A DNA stretch of 64,000 nt from Mobula hypostoma (taxonomy: Eukaryota). How positions within the stretch are numbered: position 1 is the first letter of the stretch; the number at the start of each line of letters is the position of its first letter. Shown one piece after another: positions 15,001 to 26,604 of this stretch. The notes below the pieces were generated by a model. That model saw only the letters and a program-made list of their open reading frames with translations. It searched no databases and was not told where the DNA came from. Location of the stretch: NCBI RefSeq assembly GCF_963921235.1, contig NC_086108.1:12028001-12092000 (forward strand), written 5' to 3'. Made by a program: the position numbers and the translations under genes.

Positions 15001-15739
15001 AACTTTTGCAGACTGTCAGTCGACTATGAAATGTCTACAGACTATCAGTTCAACATGAAATTTCTACAGACTGTCATTGGAACATGAAATGTCTATGGAC
15101 TGTCAGTACAACATGAAATGTCTACAGTCAATCCAACATGCAATGTCTACAGACTGCCAGTCCAACATGAAATATCTACAGACTCTCAGTCCAACATGAA
15201 ATTTGAACATGTCTGTCCAATATGAAATGTCTGCAGACTGGCAATTTGAAATGGCATGACTACAAACAGGCAGTATAACATAATTGTCTTCAATCTACTA
15301 GTCCAACTGTAAATGGATGTGGTCTGCCTGTTCCATCCCTGGTGATGAAGAACTTACTGACAAGTTTGGAATTTACTCCAGTATCCTGCAGTACAACCCA
15401 CCATGGTCACAGATGGATGAACATTTCCTGAAATGTCCAGAGAAAGATTATATTTCTACAGATTATTAGTGATTTATGGATGTCTCTCACAATACTGCCA
15501 ACCCCTGCCCAGCCAAGAGAAACTGCTGCTGACAAGACTCTTAAAGCTCTGAAGTCCTCCTGAAGGTCATAGTGTCGGGTAACGCCGTGTGGCTGAACTC
15601 ACATGGGCCAGTCTGCCTAACGACAGGGAAACACTTAATCTAATCATAACAGTTCATGGTCACTGTGACTGAAGGTTTTATTTTTAAATTATAGTTTAGC
15701 TCTCTTCTGCCATGATGACATTATGTTTTTATTTTATTT

Positions 15740-15968
15740 ATTTATTTAGGTATACAGCACAGACCTTCACAGCCCAGTGAGCCTATGCCACTCAATTACA
15801 GCCAAGTAAGCGATTTAGCCACGAACATGTACCTCTTTGGAATGTGCGAGGAGACTGGAGCTCCTGGATGAAACCCACATGGTTACAAAAAGCACATGCA
15901 AAGTCTATACAGGCAGCGGCAGGAAATGAACCCGGCTCACAGACGCCTTAAAGCATTACGCTACCATA
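15740..15968 (-). mobile_element. tRNA-derived V-SINE (HE1-like), degenerate
   Basis: Minus strand has a tRNA-like head, V-domain-like TTTGCATGT...GTGGGTTTC...CTCCAGT and a (TAAA)n tail; similar to 27760-28045 and 42255-42570. Confidence 0.7.
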
Positions 15969-16389
15969 TTTGAACTTGTGTTTGTGGTTGCTGGCCAAGT
16001 CACAGGCCCGGTTTGACACAGAGCTTTACTCTCTGAGCACAAGTTACACAGCGAACAAAGTTGTGAGAGAGTCTGCAGTGATGTCTAGTACTCTGAATTT
16101 TCAGATTCTTCTGCCTGTGTAACCTAACTGGTGATGATAATGCAGCTTTAAGCTTGGATTGGCACTCGAGTGGAGCTACTTTCTTATTATCCTGACAGTG
16201 AGAGCTGTATAATCTAATGCATTTTGTCAAAGTCCGCAGCTATATCCTTGACCTATTTAAAGGCTTTGAAGAGACTAGCAATGCAAATTCTTGGAGATAG
16301 GTTGTAAATGGGTGCAAAATGAAATAGAGGTGCCAGTTTATTTCAAAACCAAAAAAAAAGACCGTACAAATGTAGGGTTTTATCGAGTC

Positions 16390-16900
16390 ATAGAGTTGCA
16401 GAAAAGTACAGCAGAGAAACAGCTCATCGGCCCATCTAGTCAATGCCAATCCAGTTAAGATGCCTACTTGCATCCACCTGCATCACCCCAGCCATCCATG
16501 TACCAATCCAAACTTATCTTAAATCAAACTTTTGTGCACCACTTGTGCTGGCAGCTCACTCCACACTCTCACCAGTCTCAGCGACGAAATTTCCCCTCAT
16601 GTTCCTCTTAAACTTTTCACCTTTCACCCTTAACCACGGTGTCTGGTTGTTGTCCCACCCTACCTCAGTGGAAAAAGCTGCTTGCATTTATCCTATCTAC
16701 ACTCCTCGTAACTTTGTGCATTTCTATCAAATCTCCTCTCAACCTTCTGCATTCCAGGGAATAAAGTCCTACCCTCTTCAATCTTTCCTTATAACTAAGA
16801 TCCTCCAGTCCTGGCATCATCCTAGTAAATATTCTCTGTACTCTTCCAACATTATTTACACCTTTCTTTTATGTAGGTGACCAAAACTGTACACAATACT
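16390..16900 (-). mobile_element. Old CR1-like LINE 3' fragment
   Basis: Reverse complement resembles the CR1 ORF2 C-terminal region; similar to 19925-20790 and 41480-41890. Confidence 0.7.
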
Positions 16901-17069
16901 CTGACAGTTTGTCCAGCATTGTGATAGATAATTCAGAACAAAACTAAAATTTGCTGACCCATTCACGTGAAGTAGTTACATCTCATCAGCTGCTGTCCAT
17001 TGCTGGCTGCATGTCATTGGAAATCAGCCCAGCATCTCATGCAAAATGTCTAATGCCAACTGGCGAGCA

Positions 17070-17180
17070 GTGCGACAGATAGTGCAGCTGCCTCATAGCA
17101 TCAGAGGCCCAAATTCCATCCTTTCCTCCAGTGCTTATCTGTGTGGACTTTGCATGTTCTAACTACATGTTTCCACCACT
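17070..17180 (+). mobile_element. V-SINE 5' fragment
   Basis: tctgtgtggactttgcatgttct V-domain-like motif after a decayed tRNA-like head. Confidence 0.5.
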
Positions 17181-17491
17181 CCCCCTCAGCCCCCGCCGCA
17201 CACCCACAGTGTTCTCGTTTCCACTCGCATCCTGAAGATAGATGGGAGGGAGGAAAGGGTTTTCTTTTGTCGGCTTCTGTGTTCTGTTCTATTTCCTGTA
17301 CTACATTGTTCCACGAGCATTGTGGGAATGCTATGTTGGTGCCAGAATGTACACTGCTGCCCACACCCCCACCCCCAGCACATCTTTGGCTGTGTTAGTT
17401 GTTAATGTGTTAGTTGTTAACGCAAACAACTTATTTCACTCAATGTTTAATAGACCCAAATCTTAAACCTTGAAACCTGATAGCGCCATAA

Positions 17492-18770
17492 ATTCAAAGT
17501 TCAAAGTTCAAAGTAAAACTTATTATCAGAGCACATATATGTCACCGCATTCAACCCTGAGATTCTTTTTCCTGTGGGCATACTTCGCAAATCTATAGAA
17601 CAGTAACTGTAAACAGGACCAATGAACAACAAACTGTGCAAATGAAAATACGAAAACGTAGTAGTAAATAACAAGCATGAAATAACATGAAATGAAAGAG
17701 CATGAAACAACAAGATAGTCCTTAAAGTGAGATCATCGATTCTGGGAACACTTGAAATGGAATGAGTGTAGTTATCCCCTTTTGTTCAAAAGCCTGATAT
17801 AGACTTAAGGGGTAATAAATGTTCTTGAACCTGATGGCAGCAGTGAGAAAAGAGTGTGGCTTGGTTGGTGAGGAGCTTTGATGATAGATGCTGCTTTTTT
17901 ACGGCAACGTTTCATGTAGGTGTGCTCAATGATTGCGAGGGCTTTAGCCGTGATGTGCTGGGTGAAATCCATTACCTTTTGCAGGATTTTCCACTCAACA
18001 GCATTGGTGTTCCCAAACCAGGTCATAATGCAGCTAGTCAGCACACTTTCCATCACACAAATATTGAAGCTTCACAGCCTGTATTGTGTTTTCTATGTTT
18101 CTATGTTGCACTTTCGATTATTCCAGAGCAAGAACCAAATATTGAAGTTTGCCAAGGTTTTTGATGACATGCCAGATCTCTGCAGATTCCTGAGGAAGTC
18201 AAGGCACAGTCGTGATTTCTTTACGATTACATTAATATGATGGGTCCAGGACAGGACAGTGACACCCAGGAATTTAGAGTTACTGACCCTCTCCACCTCT
18301 GATCCTCCGAGTACTGGCTCATGGACCTCTGGTTTCCCTCTCCTGAAATCTACAATCAATTCCCTGGTCTTATTGACATTGAGTAAGAGGTTGTTGTTAT
18401 TACACTACTCAGCCATATTTTTAATTTCCCTCCTGTTTGCTGATTCATCACCACCATTGATAAAGTCCACAAACTTGTATATGGTGTTGGAGGTGTACTT
18501 GGCCACAAAGTCAGAGGTGTAAAGTGAGTAGAGCAGGGGACTAAGTACATATCCCTGTGGTGTTCCTGTGCTGATGGAGATGGTGGGGGAGATGTTGTTC
18601 CCAATACGAACTGACTGGGGTCTGCAAGTAAGGAGATCCAGGATCCAATTGCACAAGGGTGTATTGAGGCCCAGGTCTTGCAGTTTACTGATTAGTTTTC
18701 AGGGAATGATGTGGTAAATGCTGAGCTGTAATCTTGATGCATCTTTGCTGTTGCAATGTTCCAGGGTTAT
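17492..18770 (-). mobile_element. Rex1/Babar-type LINE 3' portion, decayed (RT remnants, 3'UTR, (TTTGAAC)n tail)
   Basis: Minus ORF fragments [18 protein letters not shown]...[28 protein letters not shown] and ESVLTSCIMTWFGN; ttcaaag repeats at 17493-17513. Confidence 0.85.
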
Positions 18771-19169
18771 TAGTGTAGGAGGTAGATATGACAGGAACAT
18801 GCCGAGAATAGGTTACTGTGAGCTAGCAGCAGACACAGTGGGCAGAATGGCTTCTTTTGATATCATGAGGAATTAGAAAAACCTTGACAAGTGTCCAATC
18901 CTTCTTGTCATTGTCTATCCTGCTCCCTCTCAGACAAGCTCTCTCTTTTCCCCTTTCATTATGTTCATCTCTTGCACTTTCTCCATTTTCTCTCAACCTC
19001 TCTCCCTGTCCTCTTTCCTTCTCACTAATTATTAACATCCCCTCTGGCTGTCTGACTCATTCTCTCTGCCTCTGGAGAACAAAACAGATACATGTCATTT
19101 CTCTTGAATGATAGAAGGAAACAAATACAGAGGAATTCTTGCAGAGGCACTTTATTTGTAACTTCAAAT

Positions 19170-19925
19170 CATCATCTAAAAGTCTGACAAACTTTGTTAG
19201 GTGTGTGGTGGAGAGTATATTGGCTGGCTGCATCACAGACTGGTGTGGAAACACCAATATCCTTGAACAGAAAATCCTACAAAAAATACAAAATCTTACA
19301 TAAAACACTGTCATAGGAAAGCAGCATCCATCATCAGAGATCCTCACCAGCCAGGCCATGATCTCTTTTTGCTGCTGCCATCTGGTTCAAGAACAGTTAC
19401 TACCTCTCTACCATCAAGCTCTTGAACAAAAGGGGATAACTAAACGCAAAATAATCTGCAGATGCTGGGATCAAAGCAACACTCACAGTACGCTGGAGGA
19501 ACTCAGCAGTCGGGCAGCATCAGTGGAAACGATGAGTCAATGTTTCGGGCCGGAAGGGTTGTCGAAGTCCTGACAAAGGGTTCCGGCCCGAAACCTCGAC
19601 TCGTCATTTCCACTGAATCTGCCTGACCTGCTGAGTTCCTCCAGCGTACTGTGAGGGGATAACTAATCTCACTTTCCCATCATTGAAATGTTCCCACAAC
19701 CAATGATCTCACTTTAAGGACACTTTATCTCATTATCTCATGTTCTCATTATTTATTACTATTTATTTATATTTGTATTTGTACAGTTTGTTGCCTTCTG
19801 CATTCTGGTTGATCTTTCATTGATCCATTTATAGTTACTATTCTATAGATTTACTGAATATGCCCACAGGAAAATGAATCTCAGGGTTGTAAATAGTGAC
19901 ATATATAGAGTTTGATAATAACACT
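19170..19925 (+). mobile_element. Rex1/Babar-type LINE 3' fragment hosting a nested fold-back element
   Basis: gagagtatattggctggctgcatcacagactggtgtgg...gcagcatccatcatcagagatcctcacc matches the 17.5-18.0 kb copy in the opposite orientation. Confidence 0.75.
19444..19653. mobile_element. Penelope-derived fold-back element with hammerhead-like motif, flanked by a 13-bp direct repeat
   Basis: aggggataactaa at 19431-19443 and 19654-19666. Perfect 28-bp inverted repeat 19482-19509 / 19628-19655 continuing imperfectly inward. Arms are similar to the Penelope terminus at 22880-22965. Confidence 0.8.
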
Positions 19926-21545
19926 TAAGCTGCCTACTCTCATGGACCTGCACCCAGTCCAAAGGTTTCCATAACCCTGCCATCCATGCACCTATCCAAA
20001 CTTCACTTTTGCATTGAAATTGAGCTTGCAGCCTTCACTTGCACTGCCAGCTTGTTCCACATCACCATGGCCCTCTGAGTGAAGAAGTTTCACCTCATGT
20101 TCCCATAAAACCTTCTCCTCTTACTCTTAACCCATGACTTCTGATTATAGTCCCACTCAACCCCAGTGGAATAAGCCTGCTTGCATTTACCCTCTCTATA
20201 CCTTTCATAATTTTGTATATCTTTATCAAATTCTCTCTCAATCTTCTGAGTCCCTAGGGATAAAGTCCTAACCTATAAAATCTTTCCTTATAGTTCGGTC
20301 CTCCAGTCTTGGCAACATCATTGTAAATTTTCTCTGTTCTCTCAACTTTATTTACATCTTTCCAGTAGGTAGGTGACCAGAAGTGCACACAACACTCCAA
20401 ATAAGGCTTAACCAAAATGTTATACAATTTCAACATAACACCCCATCTCCTGTACCTAATGCTTTGATTTATAAAGACAATATGCCAAAAGCTTTCTTTA
20501 TGGCCCTATCAACCTGTGATGCCACTTTCAATGAATTATGGACCTGTATTCCCAGATCCTTTTTTCTACCACACTCCCAGTGCCCTACTGTTTATTGTGT
20601 GAGACATGCCCTCGTTGCATTTACTCTCTCGATACCCATTACAATTTTTTATATCTCTATCAAATCTCCCCTCAAGTTTCTATGTTCTAAGGAATAAGAT
20701 CGTAGCCTATTCAATATTTATTTTTAACTCAGCTCCTCCAGTCCCAACAATATATTTGTAACTTTTCTCTGTACTCTTTACTTATTTACATCGCTCACTC
20801 CCTGCCCCAACATGTTGCCCTTGTCCCAATGTACATTTCAGTGCAGGGTCTCACAGTTGATAAAATCTTATTACTTGTTTAAAATTTGGAATATAGAATG
20901 CAGAACACTATTACATGGTATAGGCCCTTCAGCCCGTGATGTTGTGCTGACATTTTAATTTGGTTACTTTAAGATCAATCTAACCCTTCCTTCCTAGATA
21001 ACTCTTCTATTATCTATGTGCCTGTCCAAGAATTGCTTAAATGCTCTAAAATATCTGCCCTACCACCATCTTAGCAGAGTGTTCCATGTACCCACCCCTC
21101 TCACTATGTAAAACTTTCTTCTGACACCCCCCCATACTTCTCCAATCACTTTAAAATTATGTACACTGTTACCCAGGGAAAAGGTCTCTAACTTCTTTTC
21201 GTCTTATACAGCTCTCCAGCAAATCACTTCTCATCTTCTTTTTCTCCAAAGAGAAAAACTTAATTAGCTCAAAATATCATCATAAGATGCTCTCTAATCC
21301 AGTCAGCATCCTGATAAATCTCCTCCGCACTGTCTCTAAAGCTTCCACATGCTTTCTATAATGAGGCAACCAGAGCTGAATACGATGTTTCAGCTATGGT
21401 CTAACCAGAGTTTTAAAGAGCTGGGATATTACCTTGCGGGTCTTGAACTCAATCCCCCTGATTAATGAAGGCCAACACACCACCTGCCTTCTTAACTGCC
21501 CTGACAACTTGCATGGCAACTTTCAGAGATCTATGGATGTTGACA
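19925..21545 (-). mobile_element. Cluster of old CR1-like fragments
   Basis: Minus ORF 20254-20436 MLKLYNILVKPYLECCVHFWSP...RLGLYP; further degenerate copies to about 21545. Confidence 0.75.
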
Positions 21546-21829
21546 TTACAACCTCTCTCAACCTCCATACTGAGTCATCTTGCAAATCCCCAAAGTTGTC
21601 ACAGTTTTCTCGTGTTTTCAAGACTGCTGAAAGGTGAGTAACCATTACTGGGAGAAGGAGTGTAGTCCACGAATACCCCCCCTCCCCCCCCCGCCCCCCC
21701 CCCCGTGAGGCTGGAGGAAGAATGTGAGTGGTCTGTCTTTGTGTAAAACCTCAGAAATAATGCTTTGTTTGGGTTTGTAACCAGTACATCTGGTTTCCAT
21801 TGAAATGGGTTCACTATTCCTCCAATAGT

Positions 21830-22379
21830 AATGCTGAAGCTTTAAGAGGCATTGGTCAGACTGCACTTGGAGTATTGTGAGCAGTTTTTGGCCCCTTATC
21901 CAAGAAAGAATGTGCTGGCAGTGGTAAGGGTCCAAATGAGGTCCACGACAATTATTCTGGAAATTAAAGCATTAATGCATGAAAAGCATTTGATGGCTCT
22001 GGGCCTGCACTTGCTGGAGTTTAGAAGAATGAGGGGTGATCTCATCGAATCCTATCGAATATTGATAGGTCTAGATAGAGTTGACATCGAGAGGATGTTT
22101 CCTATAGTGGGGAAGTCTAGGACCAGATGACAGAGCATCAAGACAGATAGATGACCCTTTAGAATAGAGATGAGGAAGAATTTCTTCAGTCAGAGAGTGA
22201 TGAATCTGTGGAATTCATTGCCATAGACAGTTGTTGAGGACATGTCATTGGGTATATTTAAAGCAGAGGTTGATAGGTTCTTGATTGTCCGGGATGTCAA
22301 ATGAGAAGGCAGGAGAATGGGGCTGTGAGGGATAATAAATCACACAATGTGCCAAATGGCTTCATTCAGCTCCTATGCC
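21830..22379 (+). mobile_element. CR1 LINE 3' fragment
   Basis: ORF 21852-22130 VRLHLEYCEQFLAPY...LEFRRMRGDLIESYRILIGLDRVD followed by the 3'UTR. Confidence 0.88.
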
Positions 22380-22965
22380 CTGTGTCTCGTTCTCCCAGAG
22401 CAGCCTCCTCTACATTGGTGGAACCCATTGTAAATCGGGGGACTGTTTCGTCGAGCATCTCTGCTCCATCCACCAAAAGTGTAACCTCCAGGTGGCCAAA
22501 TTCCAATTCCCATTCCTGTTCCAACATGTCAGCCCATGGCTACCCTCAGGGTGGAGGATCAACACCTTATATTCCATCTGGGTAGCCTCCAACCTGATGG
22601 CATGAATATCAATTTCTCTTTCGGGATAAAAAAAAATCCCTTCCTTCCCTTCTACTTCTCTTCTCCACTCTAGTCTTTTACATCTTCTCACTTGCTTCTC
22701 CCTCCTCGGTCCTCTCCTCCCTCCCTTTCTCCTATGATCCACTCTCTTGTTTTATCAGATTTCTTCCTCTCCAGCTCCTTACCTTTCCCACCCACCTGGC
22801 TTCATCTATCAGCTTCAACCTATTCTCCTTCCTCCCCACCCCCCACCTTTTTATTCTAGGATCTTCCCCCTTCCTTCTCAGTCCTGATGAAGGGCCTCGG
22901 CTCAGAACATTGACTTTTATTTCATTTCCACAGCCTGCTGAGTTCCTCCAGGATTTTGTGTGTGT
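22380..22965 (+). mobile_element. Penelope-like retroelement 3' remnant (GIY-YIG endonuclease fragment plus terminal repeat with hammerhead-like motif)
   Basis: Translation LLYIGGTHCKSGDCFVEHLCSI resembles the PLE GIY-YIG segment YIGET.R.LGDRF.EHL. Pyrimidine-rich tract, then cagtc-CTGATGA at 22879-22890. 9-bp direct repeat tcctatgcc at 22371-22379 / 22966-22974. Confidence 0.8.
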
Positions 22966-24039
22966 TCCTATGCCTTACAGTGTACCATCAATGGTAAAAT
23001 TCCTTAGTCCTACTTTGGGGCTGTGGCTTGCCATGTTGGTGTAGATGACCAAATGCTTCACGGGTGCCGTGACTGAAGAGACAGTGTGAGTGACATTGAC
23101 ATATTGCAAGTGGAATATGTTGATTTGATGAATGAGTGAATGAAGATCAAGACATGCACTGCTTGTAACCTATTTCCTCTATTTATGATTTATTTCCGAA
23201 TATAGCAAGTTAAATGAGAGCAAATGAAGGGAATGCTTCCAAACAAAGCGAGAAAAAAAAACAGACCGAGCAATGTGCACACAGTGAATCCCTTCCTCTC
23301 TGAAGGTCAAACTGTTCTTTACCAGGTAATGTCACTTATTCATCACTGGGAGAAGCAGGCTGGGCAGCTGGCCCTCGGTTACCGCAGTGAGACACACTGA
23401 TTTCTCAAAGCACAGCAGGAGGGAGGAAGCTCCATGTAAAGATAAACCCTTAAAGCAAATGCTTTAATCAAACAGCTGCGATTTTGCTGCCATCAGTTTT
23501 CAGTTAGCTTCGTTCCGTTGTGTGAGCCTTGCTCATCGCATCTGGTGGGTTTCCTTCCCCCTGCTGCTAAGTCAAGGGAGAGGGGAGATGGTCTGCATTC
23601 AAGATGTGTTAGTGAGTGTGAGTATACAGGAATAATTCTTCAATGCTTGCTACTGAGGGTAAACTGTGTGATTGATGGCTGGTTCCTATGCTGAAGGCCT
23701 CTTCCACCACTACTGATGTCTTCAGTTGTGTCTTTGTTTTTGACAAATACAAGAACTTAATAACTAATATTATGTTTCTGCACAGTCTTTTTTCCACTGC
23801 ATGGTACAATTTAATGTCTAGTTTATGTATAATCCATATTCAATGTGTTGTCTGTCCCTACGTGCCTGTGCTACTGCTGCAAAGCAGTTTCACATTGTAC
23901 CTGTACTTCACTGTGCACTTATGCAGATGACAATAAACTTGACTTGATTTGGTTCACTGGTAAAAGCCCATGATGATCTGATGATCAGTGAGTCAAAGCT
24001 CCCTCCATTTAATGGTAAGTAGTTGCAAACTGGACAAAA

Positions 24040-24285
24040 TTTGGATTATGGAATAGATGGCTTTGTGGCTAAGTTTGCTGACGATACGAAGATAGGTGGA
24101 GGGGCCGGTAGTGCTGAGGAAACGGAGAGTCTGCCAAGAGACTTGGATAGATTGGAAGAACGGGCAAAGGTCTGGCAAATGAAATACAATGTTGGAAAGT
24201 GTATGGTTATGCACTTTGGCAGAAGAAATAAACAGGCAGACTATTATTTAAATGGGGAGAGAATTCGAAGTTCTGAGATGCAACA
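24040..24285 (+). mobile_element. CR1 RT fragment (sense arm of a rearranged CR1)
   Basis: LDYGIDGFVAKFADDTKIGG...KYNVGKCMVMHFGRRN...SSEMQ. Confidence 0.9.
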
Positions 24286-25808
24286 TTGTACTTCATTTGC
24301 CACTTCTCTGCCCATTCTTCGAATCTATCCAAGTCTCTCTGCAGACTCTCCGTTTCCTCAGCACTACCAGCCCTTCCACCTATCTTCGTATCGTCAGCAA
24401 ACTTAGCCACAAAGCCATCTATTCCATAATCCAAATCATTGATGTACAATGTAAAAAGAAGTGGCCCCAACACGGACCCCTGTGGAACACCACTGGAAAC
24501 CAGCAGTCAACCAAAATAGGATCCCTTTATTCCCACTCTCTGTTTCCTGCCAATCAGCCAACGCTGTATCCACGTATGTAACTTTCCCGTAATTCCATGG
24601 GCTCTTACTTTGTTAAGTAATCTCATGTGTGGCACCTTGTCAAAGGCCTTCTGAAAATCCAAATATACAACATCCACTGCATCTCATCTCCCTTGTCTAG
24701 CCTACTTGTAATTTCCTCAAAAAATTGTAATAGGTTTTTAAGGAATCCATGCTGAGTTCTGCCTATCTTGTCATATGCCTCCAGGTACTCTGTAACCTCA
24801 CCCTTGACAATCGACTCCAACAACTTCCCAACCACCGATGTCAAGCTAACAGGTCTATAATTTCCTTTTTGCTTCCTTGCCCCCTTCTTAAATAGCGGAG
24901 TGACATTTGCAATCTTCCAGTCTTCCGGAACCATGTCAGAATATATCGACTTTTGAAAGATCATCGCTAATGCCTCCGCAATCTCCACAGCTACTTCCTT
25001 CAGCACACGAGGGTGCATTCCATCTGGTCTGGGAGGTTTATCTACCTTTACACTATTCAGCTTCCTGAGTACTTTCTCTGTCGTAATTGTGACTGCGCAC
25101 ACTTCTCTTCCCTGCCACCCTTGAGTGTCTGGTACACTGCTGATGTCTTCCTCAGTGAAGACTGATGCAAAATACTTGTTCAGTTCCTCCACCATCTCCT
25201 TATCTCCCATTACAATTTCTCCAGCATCATTTTCTATCGGTCCTATATCTATTCTCACCTGTCTTTTACTCTTTAAATACTTGAAAAAGCTTTTAGTATC
25301 CTCTTTGATATTATTTGCTATCTTCCTTTCATAGTTAATCTTTTCCCTCTTAATGACCTTCTTAGCTTCCTTTTGTAAGCTTTTGAAAACTTCCCAATCC
25401 TCTGTCTTCCCACTAATTTTTGCTTCCTTGTATGCCCTCTCCTTTGCTTTAACTTTGGCTTTGACTTCTCTTGTCAACCATGGTTGCATCCTTTTTCCAT
25501 TTGAAAATTTCTTCATTTTTGGAATATACTTGTCTTGCACCTTCCTCACTTCTCGCATAAACTCCAGCCACTGCTGCTCTGCCGTCTTTCCTGTCCCTTT
25601 CCAGTCAACTTTGGCCAGTTCCTCTCTCATGCCACTGTAATTTCCTTTACTCCACTGAAATACCAACACATCAGATTTCGGCTTCTCTTTTTCAAATTTC
25701 ACAGTGAACTCAGTCATGTTATGGTCACTGTCTCCTAAGGGTTCCTTCACCTCGATCTCTCTAATCACCTCCGGTTCATTACACAATACCCAATCTAGTA
25801 CAGCTGAT
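24281..25808 (-). mobile_element. CR1 ORF2 internal segment (endonuclease end, linker, RT) in inverted orientation, frameshifted
   Basis: ORF 24623-25786 (PLGDSDHN...PDGMHPRVLKE...VPEDWKIANVTPLFKKG...NYRPVSLTSVVGKLLE) and 24207-24473 (LGPLLFTLYINDLD...KFADDTK). Confidence 0.93.
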
Positions 25809-25809
25809 A

Positions 25810-26388
25810 ATAAGGCACTGGTGAGACTTTACTTGGAGTACTGTGGGCAGTTTTGGTCCCCTTATTTAAGAAAGGATGTACTGACATTGGAGAAGGTACA
25901 GAGAAGATTCACTAGAATGATTCCGGGAATGAGAGGCTTAACATATGAGGAATGTTTGTCCGCTCTTGGACTTTATTCCTTGGAGTTTAGAAGAATGAGG
26001 GGAGACCTGATAGAAACATTTCGAATGTTGAAAGGCATGGACAGAGTGGATGTGGCAAAGTTGTTTCCCATGAAGGGGGAGTCTAGTATGAGAGGGCATG
26101 ACTTAAAGATTGAAGGGCGCCCATTCAGAACAGAAATGCGAAGAAATTTTTTTAGTCAGAGGGTGGTGAATCTATGGAATTTGTTGCCGCGGGCATCAGT
26201 AGAGGCCAAGTCATTGGGTGTATTTAAAGCAGAGATTGATAGGTATCTGCGTAGCCAGGGCATCAAAGGTTATGGTGAGAAGGCAGGGGATTGGGACTAA
26301 ATGGGAGAATGGATCAGCTCATGATAAAATGGCGGAGCAGACTCTATGGGCTGAACGGCCGACTTCTGCTCCTTTGTCTTATGGTCTA
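25810..26388 (+). mobile_element. CR1 3' end (ORF2 C-terminus and 3'UTR)
   Basis: KALVRLYLEYCGQFWSPYLRKD...RRMRGDLIETF...NFFSQRVVNLWNLLP. Confidence 0.92.
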
Positions 26389-26488
26389 AAATCATGGATA
26401 TCATCAAGAAACGATGACTTAAAAAGGCAGCATCCAATTTTAAGGTCCCCCATCACTACTTTTCTGAACCTGATGTCATGTCACTGGT

Positions 26489-26491
26489 ATG

Positions 26492-26554
<63 letters not shown>

Positions 26555-26604
26555 CTGTGTGTGTCTGTGTGTACGTGTGTGTGTATATATATATATATAT
26601 ATAC
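26489..26604. repeat. Compound (TA)n/(TG)n microsatellite
   Basis: Direct reading. Confidence 0.97.

Larger units (their letters stand above)
1..15310. repeat. 29-bp satellite array (consensus AACATGAAATGTCTACAGACTGTCAGTCC), degenerate, runs off the left window edge; interrupted at 7902-8525 and 8556-9040
   Basis: Continuous head-to-tail repetition with 29-bp period read directly. ORFs over it cycle through MKCLQTVSPT / NVYRLSVQHE / MSTDCQSN, as expected for a period not divisible by 3. Confidence 0.97.

Noticed and set aside
1..15310. CRISPR-like array (29-bp partly palindromic repeats)
   Set aside because: Monomers are directly adjacent and degenerate with no unique spacers, no cas genes are present, and the context is eukaryotic.
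21676..21704. Poly-C run (G-quadruplex-prone on the minus strand)
   Set aside because: Isolated homopolymer between old repeats with no supporting context.
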